Below the pieces are notes generated by a model. That model did not search any database. It was given only the letters and a program-made list of their open reading frames with translations, and was not told the DNA's origin. Positions 1 through 6,893 of a stretch of DNA of 17,730 bases are shown here, piece by piece. The position numbers and the translations under genes are program-made. This DNA is from Acidimicrobiales bacterium (GTDB lineage Bacteria > Actinomycetota > Acidimicrobiia > Acidimicrobiales > AC-14): contig DASZJL010000083.1 of NCBI GenBank assembly GCA_035948135.1, forward strand, positions 1-17,730, given 5' to 3'. Every line of letters begins with the position of its first letter. Positions within the stretch are counted from its first letter, which is position 1.

Positions 1-1417
1 GCTGGTCGGCGGGCGACCCCGACAATCCGATGCGGCGCCAGATCTCCGCCGTCGTCGACGGCATGGCCGGCCAGGCCAGCACGGCGACGATCCGCAACGC
101 CTCCAACGCGTCACCCATGACCGCGTCGACCCCCGGTCCCGGGTCGGCCTTCCACGGCTCGTTCTCCTCGAGGTAGGCGTTGGTCTCGTGAATCAGGCGC
201 CATGTGGCCTCCAGCGCCTCGTGGGGTGCGACACGGCCCCAGGCGTCAGCGGTGGCCACGTACACGTCGGACGCGACCGCCTGGAGCGGGCTTCCGTCCT
301 GCGGCGCCGGGCCCACGCCGTCGCACTTCTTGGCGACGACGGTCGCCACCCGCGACAACAGGTTGCCCAGGTTGTTGGCCAAGTCGGCGTTGTAGCGGGC
401 GAGCATGCCCTCCCAGGAGAAGTCGCCGTCCTGGCCGAACGTGATGTCCCGCAGGAACTCGTAGCGGACAGCATCGACGCCGAAGTCCCCGACCAACTCG
501 GCCGCGGTGATCTTGTTGGCCCGTGTCTTGGACATCTTCTGGCCGCTGACCAGCAGCCACCCATGCGCGAACACACACTTCGGAGGGTCGAGCCCGGCCG
601 CCATCAGCATGGCCGGCCAGTACACGGCGTGGAAGCGGAGGATGTCCTTGCCGACGAGGTGGTAGTCGACGGGCCACCAGTAGTTGAACCGCGACTCGTC
701 TTCGCCGTAGCCCGCCGCAGTGATGTAGTTGGGGAGCGCGTCGAACCACACCCACGCCACCTGCGACGGATCCCACGGCAGCGGGACGCCCCAGTCGAAG
801 GCGCTTCGGCTCATCGAGAAGTCTTGCAACCCGCCCCTGATGAACCCGAGCACCTCGTTGAGGCGCGTCTGGGGGCGAACTGCCTCCGGGTGTTGGTCGT
901 ACCACTCGAGCAACCGGTCCTGGTAGCGCGACAGCTTGAAGAACCAGTTCTCTTCCTGCATGCGCTGCACGGGGGTGCCGTGGATCGGGCAGCACCCGTC
1001 GACCAGCTCGTCCTCGGTGTAGTACGCCTCGCAGGCCACGCAGTAGAGCCCCTCGTAGGTGCCGAGCTCGATGTCGCCGTTGTCGTAGATCGTCTGCATG
1101 AACGTCTGGACCGCCTTGTAGTGGCGTGGCTCGGTCGTCCGGATGAAGTCGTCGTACTGCACGTCGAGCAGGTCGGCCGCCTCTCGGAAGCGGATGCTGA
1201 AGCGGTCGGCCAGCTCCTGGGGACTGATGCCGAGGGCGTCGGCGGCCTGCTTCTGCTTGAGGCCGTGCTCGTCGGTGCCGGTGAGGAAGAAGACGTCGTC
1301 GCCGAAGAGGCGGCGCCACCGGGTGAGAGCATCACCGGCGACGGACGTATAGGCGTGGCCGATGTGGGGCGCGTCGTTGACGTAGTAGATCGGCGTCGTT
1401 ACGTAGAACTTCCCCAC
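1..1417 (-). CDS. metG: Methionyl-tRNA synthetase (class I aaRS), 3'-truncated by window edge; GTG start at 1417
   Basis: My minus-strand translation begins VGKFYVTTPIYYVNDAPHIGHAY and contains KMSKT (the HIGH and KMSKS class-I motifs). The N-terminus parallels mycobacterial MetG. The frame stays open to position 2 with no stop, which is why it is absent from the ORF track. Codon usage is good. Confidence 0.9.
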   Translation of the reverse strand, partial: MGKFYVTTPIYYVNDAPHIGHAYTSVAGDALTRWRRLFGDDVFFLTGTDEHGLKQKQAADALGISPQELADRFSIRFREAADLLDVQYDDFIRTTEPRHYKAVQTFMQTIYDNGDIELGTYEGLYCVACEAYYTEDELVDGCCPIHGTPVQRMQEENWFFKLSRYQDRLLEWYDQHPEAVRPQTRLNEVLGFIRGGLQDFSMSRSAFDWGVPLPWDPSQVAWVWFDALPNYITAAGYGEDESRFNYWWPVDYHLVGKDILRFHAVYWPAMLMAAGLDPPKCVFAHGWLLVSGQKMSKTRANKITAAELVGDFGVDAVRYEFLRDITFGQDGDFSWEGMLARYNADLANNLGNLLSRVATVVAKKCDGVGPAPQDGSPLQAVASDVYVATADAWGRVAPHEALEATWRLIHETNAYLEENEPWKADPGPGVDAVMGDALEALRIVAVLAWPAMPSTTAEIWRRIGLSGSPADQ

Positions 1418-1441
1418 GGTCGTACAGTACCGACGAGTCGA

Positions 1442-1687
1442 ATGAAGTCCGCCGGCCTCCCCCGCAGGATCGACCACCTGGGACGCATCGTGATCCCCGC
1501 CGAGCTGCGCCGTCTGCTCGGGATCAACGAGGGCGACTACATCCACTTCTCCGCGGAGGACGGCAGGGTCATCCTCGAGAAACTGGAGGAGCGGTGCACG
1601 TTCTGCGGTTCGGCGTCGGACCTCTCGCAGTTCCGGTCGAAGCTGGTCTGCGCGGGCTGCAAGGGCGAGCTGACTACAAGCGAGTAG
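1442..1687 (+). CDS. AbrB/MazE/SpoVT-family DNA-binding domain protein with a C-terminal CxxC…CxxC zinc ribbon (81 aa)
   Basis: The ATG at 1442 is in frame within the 188..1687 track ORF. MKSAGLPRRIDHLGRIVIPAELRRLLGINEGDYIHFSAEDGRVILEKLE is a textbook SpoVT_AbrB swapped-hairpin motif, followed by CTFCG…CAGC. GC3 is high with typical codons. It is convergent with rsmI and overlaps its 3' end by 14 nt. Confidence 0.75.
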   Translation: MKSAGLPRRIDHLGRIVIPAELRRLLGINEGDYIHFSAEDGRVILEKLEERCTFCGSASDLSQFRSKLVCAGCKGELTTSE

Positions 1688-2504
1688 CGATCTCGTAGAC
1701 CGTCCGCTTGGAGACGCGCAGCTCCTTCGCGACCTCGGCGGTGGCGGTCTTCTTGTCGTCGCCGGCGGCCATCCGTGACCGCAGGGCCCGGGTCACGTCG
1801 TCGGCTGTCGGTTCGGCGGGCGGCGCCGAGCCTCCCAGTATGAGCACGTACTCACCCCTCGGCTCCTTCTCGGCCAACCGGGCAACCGCCCCCGCGAGCG
1901 TCCCCCGCCACACCTCTTCGTGGAGCTTGGTGAGCTCGCGCACGATGACGAGCCGCCGGTCCGGCCCGAACGCCTTCGCCAGCTCGGTCGCGGTCCGGCG
2001 CACACGGTGGGGCGCCTCGTAAAGGATCGCGGTCCGTTGTTCGTTGCGCAGGGCGTCGAGACGCTCGGTGCGCCCCGACCCGCTCCTGGGCAGGAAGCCC
2101 TCGAAGACGAAGCGACCCGTCGGCAGGCCGCTGACGACCAAGGCGGCGATAGCCGCCGAGGCCCCGGGCACGACCTCCACGTCGAGGCCGGCGGCTCCGG
2201 CGGCGGCGACCAATCGCTCCCCGGGGTCGGAGATGCCGGGCGTGCCCGCGTCGGTGACCACCGCAACTCGCTCGCCCGCCTCGACGCGCGCCAGCACAGC
2301 GCGGACCTGCCGAGCTTCGGTGTGATCGTTCACGGTGATCAACGGGGGCGCCTTCACCCCGGCGTGGCTCAGCAGCTTGCGGGTGCGGCGGGTGTCCTCG
2401 CAGGCGATGGCGTCCGCGCCCGCCAGCGCCTCGACGGCCCGAGGTGACAGGTCACCGAGGTTGCCGATCGGCGTGGCCACGATGACCAGCGCCCCGCCGC
2501 TCAC
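1674..2504 (-). CDS. rsmI: 16S rRNA (cytidine1402-2'-O)-methyltransferase RsmI (tetrapyrrole-methylase fold); GTG start preferred
   Basis: The 1674..2624 ORF contains VSGGALVIVATPIGNLGDLSPRAVEALAGADAIACEDTRRTRKLL. The GTG at 2504 gives 276 aa, the usual RsmI length. It overlaps the DUF192 stop as GTGA, and an AAGGAG precedes it. The alternative ATG at 2624 would add 40 Arg/Pro-rich residues. Confidence 0.85.
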   Translation of the reverse strand: MSGGALVIVATPIGNLGDLSPRAVEALAGADAIACEDTRRTRKLLSHAGVKAPPLITVNDHTEARQVRAVLARVEAGERVAVVTDAGTPGISDPGERLVAAAGAAGLDVEVVPGASAAIAALVVSGLPTGRFVFEGFLPRSGSGRTERLDALRNEQRTAILYEAPHRVRRTATELAKAFGPDRRLVIVRELTKLHEEVWRGTLAGAVARLAEKEPRGEYVLILGGSAPPAEPTADDVTRALRSRMAAGDDKKTATAEVAKELRVSKRTVYEIATRL

Positions 2505-2833
2505 TCCTTGAGCTCGAGGTGGTCGCCGACGTGCAGGCCCCAGCGACCGAAGGCGCCCGCCTCGGCCTCGAGGACACACGGGGCGCGGAACGAGGGGCGG
2601 GTCATGCGGAAGCGCCTGAGGCACACCACCCGGCGCACCACCATGTCGCGATCACAGAACGCCACGTCCAAGTCGAAGCGCATGCCGATGCTGTGTACTC
2701 CCATGCGCGCCGACGACAACAGGAGGGCGCCGTCGATACCGTCCCGGCCCACCAGACCCTTGCGCCGCGCTTTGCGGGAATCGGCGATCTCCAGCGCCGC
2801 CAACACCTCGCCGTCACGCAAGATCCACGACAT
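2501..2833 (-). CDS. DUF192 (COG1430) family protein, 110 aa
   Basis: From the internal ATG at 2833, MSWILRDGEVLAALEIADSRKARRKGLVGRDG…GMRFDLDVAFCDRDMVVRRV…VLEAEAGAFGRWGLHVGDHLELKE matches the DUF192 pattern. It starts 5 nt after the ychF stop. The upstream 34 aa of the track ORF are Arg/Gly-rich and overlap ychF. Confidence 0.8.
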   Translation of the reverse strand: MSWILRDGEVLAALEIADSRKARRKGLVGRDGIDGALLLSSARMGVHSIGMRFDLDVAFCDRDMVVRRVVCLRRFRMTRPSFRAPCVLEAEAGAFGRWGLHVGDHLELKE

Positions 2834-2838
2834 GGCGG

Positions 2839-3915
2839 CTAGACGTTGAACCTGATCTCGAGGACGTCGCCGTCCTGCACTTCGTAGTCCTTGCCCTCGA
2901 CCCGCAACTTCCCCGTCTCCTTGGCCTTCTGCCACGAGCCGACCTCGACGAGGTCCTCGTACCGGATGACCTCGGCCCTGATGAAGCCCCGCTGCAGGTC
3001 CGTGTGGATGACGCCCGCGGCCTCAGGTGCTTTGGCACCGGCGCGGAACGTCCACGCCCGCGACTCGGTGTCGCCGGTGGTCAGGAAGGTGCGCCGGCCG
3101 AGAAGGTGATAGGCGGCGCGGGCCACACGCGGGAGCGCGCCCTCGCCGAGACCCAGCCCCTCCAGCAACTCAGTGCGCTCGTCGGCCGGCAGCTGGGCCG
3201 CCTCGGCCTCCAGCTGCACGCTGACGCCCAACACGTCGGCCGCGTCGCCGAACTCGTCCTTCACCGGCTTCACCAGGTCGTCAGCGGACGCAAGCTGGTC
3301 CTCACCCAGGTTGACGACGGCCAGCACCGGTTTGTTCGTCAGCAGGAAGAAGGGCCGTAGTACCGCTCGCTCCTCGGCGCCCAACGACGAGCGGTACACC
3401 GGGACCCCCGCCTCCAGCTCGGCGAGCGTCTTCTCCATGACCGCCACCTCGCCGCCCAGCGACTTGTCGCCCTTGGCCGCCTTCCGGCGCTTGTCGAGTT
3501 GGGACTCGAGCGTGGCCACGTCGGCGAGCACAAGTTCGAGCTCGAGGGTGTGGAGATCCTCCAGAGGGTCGGTGCCACCGACGACGTTGGGGTCCTCGAA
3601 CGCCCGCAGCACGAGCACCATGGCGTCGACGTCGCGGATGCCGCCGAGGAAACGGTTGCCCAGCCCCTCACCGGCAGCCGCACCGGCCACGAGGGCGGCG
3701 ATGTCGACGAACTCGACGTTGGTGTGCACGAGCTTCTTGGAATGGCTCAGCTCGCCGAGGACCTCGACACGCGTGTCCGGCACCTCGGCCACGCCGACGT
3801 TGGTCTCGGTCGTGGAGAAGGGATGGGCCGCGACGGTCGCGTCGCCGCCGGTGAGGGCGTTGAACAACGACGACTTTCCGGCGTTGGGAAGCCCGACGAT
3901 GCTCAGGCGCTCCAT
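2839..3915 (-). CDS. ychF: Ribosome-binding ATPase YchF (Obg-family GTPase with TGS domain), 358 aa
   Basis: It starts MERLSIVGLPNAGKSSLFNALTG (P-loop) and ends with the TGS-like C-terminus GKLRVEGKDYEVQDGDVLEIRFNV. The ATG at 3915 gives canonical YchF length. The 66-aa upstream extension in the track ORF is not YchF-like. Confidence 0.9.
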   Translation of the reverse strand: MERLSIVGLPNAGKSSLFNALTGGDATVAAHPFSTTETNVGVAEVPDTRVEVLGELSHSKKLVHTNVEFVDIAALVAGAAAGEGLGNRFLGGIRDVDAMVLVLRAFEDPNVVGGTDPLEDLHTLELELVLADVATLESQLDKRRKAAKGDKSLGGEVAVMEKTLAELEAGVPVYRSSLGAEERAVLRPFFLLTNKPVLAVVNLGEDQLASADDLVKPVKDEFGDAADVLGVSVQLEAEAAQLPADERTELLEGLGLGEGALPRVARAAYHLLGRRTFLTTGDTESRAWTFRAGAKAPEAAGVIHTDLQRGFIRAEVIRYEDLVEVGSWQKAKETGKLRVEGKDYEVQDGDVLEIRFNV

Positions 3916-4042
3916 GAGCCTCCGGCTCGTAATCGTGTCGCCTTCGGCGACGCCTTGCCTCCGAGCGACGACGGCGAGCGCCCGCTCGCCGTCGAATCGC
4001 TCACAGAGGGTCAGGGTAACGGCCTGCGGTAGCTTCGCCTCC

Positions 4043-4129
4043 ATGTCGAAGCGAACGGCCAAGCGGAAGGCCCGGTCCCGCCGCAAGAAGGCCAACCACG
4101 GCAAGCGGCCCAACGTCGGCCGGCGCTGA
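4043..4129 (+). CDS. Micro-ORF for a 28-aa highly basic peptide; candidate ribosomal protein bL37 homolog
   Basis: ATG at 4043 to TGA at 4127-4129 encodes MSKRTAKRKARSRRKKANHGKRPNVGRR. The KANHGKRPN tail matches my recollection of mycobacterial bL37 (…HSKANHGKRPNA). It lies in the divergent region between ychF and the 4149 gene. It appears only as the tail of a spurious 318-aa ORF in the track, and there is no strong Shine-Dalgarno sequence. Confidence 0.5.
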   Translation: MSKRTAKRKARSRRKKANHGKRPNVGRR

Positions 4130-4148
4130 CCGCGAGCCCTGAGGGCTC

Positions 4149-4748
4149 ATGCTCGACCACGTCTTCATGGACGCCATCGGCGCCCTGCGGGAGGCGTTCG
4201 ATGGTGCCCTCCTGGAGCGCCACGCCCAGGAGGAGCGCCTGCAGGTCGACGTCCTGCTCGGCGACGTGAACTGGGAGACCTCTTACAGCCTTCCCGGTGA
4301 AGGCGTGCCGCCCCGCGTCGTCGCCGAGGTCACCCTCGAGTGGCCAACCTGGAGCCAGTCGGCGTACCGGTCCTGGACGATCGGCGAGGAGTTCGACGAA
4401 CCGCCGGAGATCGACGTCGAGATCGTGCTGCGCGTGCAGCGCCTGGTGGGGGCGCCCGAGCCGGCCACCGTCGTCGGCATCCTCCCCGAGGAGGGGCCGC
4501 CGTTGGGCGACGAGCCGCTGAGCCGCTCGGCGCCGACCGTCGAGCACATGTACGACCTCGAGTTGGCGCCGACCGAGACCGCAATCGAGGTCTCCTACGA
4601 CGGCGTGTACGCCTTGAGCGAAGCCGCCCTCGCCGACAAGGCGTCGATGGCCGCAGACTTCGGCGCCCTCGGCGGCTGGATCGCGTCGTCACTGGTGAAG
4701 CTGGGCGACCTCAAGCTCGAGTTCCGCCCGCCCGACGACCTCAGCTGA
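4149..4748 (+). CDS. Hypothetical acidic protein, 199 aa
   Basis: The ORF is clean with excellent GC3-rich codon usage and a GAGGG 4 nt upstream of the ATG. I recognise no domain. It is convergent with the flotillin gene and overlaps its end by 8 nt. Confidence 0.7.
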   Translation: MLDHVFMDAIGALREAFDGALLERHAQEERLQVDVLLGDVNWETSYSLPGEGVPPRVVAEVTLEWPTWSQSAYRSWTIGEEFDEPPEIDVEIVLRVQRLVGAPEPATVVGILPEEGPPLGDEPLSRSAPTVEHMYDLELAPTETAIEVSYDGVYALSEAALADKASMAADFGALGGWIASSLVKLGDLKLEFRPPDDLS

Positions 4749-6822
4749 CCGCCTCGCCTCCGTCATCCTCCGGCGTGGGCCGTGCGGTCCGTTCGTCATC
4801 TTTCATCGCCTCAGCGCCCTCGATCGCGCCTGCGGCGGTGCCTCCGGGACTCGACGGAACTGCGGCCCGGCCGCCGTTCCCGAAGAAACGCGTGAGGGTT
4901 GCCGCGAGCCCGTCGAGCGGCCCGGCACCCCCGCCTGTTACGAGCACCTCAGGGACGATGGTGATGTGGCCGTCGGCAACGGCGTTGGCCACGGCGACCA
5001 CCGCAGTGGCACCACCCCCCAACGCCTCTTTTTGCGCCTCGAATCCCGTGGCGCGGGCCAGCCCGAGCGCTTCGGTCGCCTTCGCCTCCGCCAAGCCGAT
5101 GGCCTGACGCTTGGCCGCCTCTGCCTCGCCCGTGAGTTGTACGTACGCGGCCTCGCCTTTGGCCTCGGCCTCGCGTGCCTCGGCCTGATTGGTCTTGATC
5201 TGGACACCCACCTGGGCGCTTGCGAGCTGCGCCTGCATGTCCGCGGTTCCCTTCGCCTTCTCCATCTCGACCCTGGACGTCTGCGCCCGCTGCTGCTCCT
5301 CGTACGTCGCCTTCTCCTGATTGGCGATCTCCCGCCGGGTGAGCACGATCACCAACTCGTCGGGGAAGACGACGTCCTGGATGTAGACCCCCTTGGTCTC
5401 CACTTCGTACTGCGCCAGGTAGCCGGTGATGGCCTCGAACGCCGCCGCCTGCACCTCTTGGCGAGTCTCGATGAACTTGATCGCCTCGAGAGCCTGGAGG
5501 GTGTTGCGAAAGTGGTTACCCACTGCCGACTGCAGCACTTCGCTGACCAAGTTGCGCATGGTGCCGACCATGGAGATGACCTTCGGCGCCTTGGTGTCCG
5601 GGACGTGGATCTGCACCTGCAGATCGATCTGGAACACGAAGCCCTCACGGCTCTTGCCGACGATCGACGACAGGTGGGCGTCGAGGTCGTGCGCCTCCGA
5701 CGTGGCCTCGGCCCAGTTCAAGGTGAGGATGAACGTCGGCACGATCTCGGCCGCGTAGACCCGGGGGTTGATCGGGTACTTCCCGGTGCGCAACGGCTCC
5801 TGCCAGATGCCTCGGTGGCCGGGTCGGACGATCGACCCGAACTTGAACTCGGTGCCCGACGTGTCCGCCGTGGGGAGGCCGACGAAGCCCTTGATCACCG
5901 CCACCTCGCCCTGGTTCACCACGAGCATCGGCACCAGCTCGACGCGGATCAGGAAAGGGTTCAGCAAATAGGCCCCGTACAAGAGGGTGTCGTGCTGGAG
6001 ACCGATCTTCCCGCCGGCCTCCACGAAGGCTTGGAAGTCCTGATAGTTGTTGTGCAGCGTGTTCTTGCTGCCGAGGAGGAGGTCGATGAGGGCCGCGTCG
6101 GTGGTCGCGGTTTCCGGCCCTGACTCGGCCGCTTCCACGGCGGCGACGTCGTCGAAGCCGCCGAGGCGGCTGGCGATGTCACCCGAAGGCAGAGGCTCAC
6201 CCTCCAGCGTCGTCACCACCCCGACGAGATCGACGGCGCCGTCAGGGGCGATGACCGTGACGCGCAGCTGTTCCGGCGTCAGGCCGAACGACTGCGGGCT
6301 GAGCTCCATAGCCCGCGACTGCCCGGCGAGCTCGGGGGAGATCGGCAACCCGTAGACGGTCTGGGCGGTGATCACCAGGAAGGCGACGGGGTGGATGGGA
6401 ACGAGCGTCCCGGGCGGAAGGACCGGCCGCTGGACACCCTTCTGCCCACCCTTGTCGACGAAGGTGTGCAGCGCCGAGAAGTTCCCGAACTCCGGCTGGT
6501 ACACCGCGCTCTTGGCCCCGATCGGCAACGGCGCGCCGACCTGGGCGATCACCACGCCGATCTCACCGGCGGGAACCTGGACCCACGGAAACTTCTTCAC
6601 CGCGAAGACGGGCCAGAGCTTGAAGCGCAGCCCTGGCATCAGCATCACCGCCTGATAGCCGGCCTCGCCCCGGAAGGCGATGGGGTTGTCCTCCCCCAGC
6701 TTGCGAAGCGCGAAGCGCTTGGACACGAGTCCGACCTGCGCGGCGCCGATCAAGTGCAACGACTTGATGATGATGAGGACCACGACGATGGCGACAGCTG
6801 CCGCCGCGATGCCGATACCCAT
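4741..6822 (-). CDS. SPFH/band-7 flotillin-like membrane protein (YqiK/FloT-like), about 693 aa
   Basis: From the ATG at 6822 there is an N-terminal TM (MGIGIAAAAVAIVVVLIIIKSL), an SPFH core (VVNQGEVAVIKGFVG…) and Ala/Glu-rich flotillin repeats (EAEAKGEAAYVQLTGEAEAAKRQAIGLAEAKATEA). The 113 Arg-rich residues upstream in the 806-aa track ORF overlap the phosphatase gene and are rejected. Confidence 0.85.
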   Translation of the reverse strand: MGIGIAAAAVAIVVVLIIIKSLHLIGAAQVGLVSKRFALRKLGEDNPIAFRGEAGYQAVMLMPGLRFKLWPVFAVKKFPWVQVPAGEIGVVIAQVGAPLPIGAKSAVYQPEFGNFSALHTFVDKGGQKGVQRPVLPPGTLVPIHPVAFLVITAQTVYGLPISPELAGQSRAMELSPQSFGLTPEQLRVTVIAPDGAVDLVGVVTTLEGEPLPSGDIASRLGGFDDVAAVEAAESGPETATTDAALIDLLLGSKNTLHNNYQDFQAFVEAGGKIGLQHDTLLYGAYLLNPFLIRVELVPMLVVNQGEVAVIKGFVGLPTADTSGTEFKFGSIVRPGHRGIWQEPLRTGKYPINPRVYAAEIVPTFILTLNWAEATSEAHDLDAHLSSIVGKSREGFVFQIDLQVQIHVPDTKAPKVISMVGTMRNLVSEVLQSAVGNHFRNTLQALEAIKFIETRQEVQAAAFEAITGYLAQYEVETKGVYIQDVVFPDELVIVLTRREIANQEKATYEEQQRAQTSRVEMEKAKGTADMQAQLASAQVGVQIKTNQAEAREAEAKGEAAYVQLTGEAEAAKRQAIGLAEAKATEALGLARATGFEAQKEALGGGATAVVAVANAVADGHITIVPEVLVTGGGAGPLDGLAATLTRFFGNGGRAAVPSSPGGTAAGAIEGAEAMKDDERTARPTPEDDGGEAVS

Positions 6823-6893
6823 GACGAGCCGCCTTTCCCAGCGGGGCCGCCAAATCGTAACGAGCGAAACCGAGGCCGGCTGAGGGCCGCGGG

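Noticed and set aside
188-1441. N-terminal 418 aa of the 499-aa plus-strand ORF, and the overlapping minus-strand ORFs 246..1319 and 811..1335
   Set aside because: These are antisense or off-frame shadow ORFs over metG. They are Arg/Pro/Gly-rich low-complexity translations. Only the last 81 codons (the AbrB-like protein, from ATG 1442, downstream of metG) look genuine.
3916-4113. 66-aa N-terminal extension of ychF in the 424-aa ORF
   Set aside because: YchF homologues begin at the G1 P-loop segment (MERLSIVGLPNAGKS). The extension would overlap the bL37-like micro-ORF. Its sequence shows no YchF similarity.
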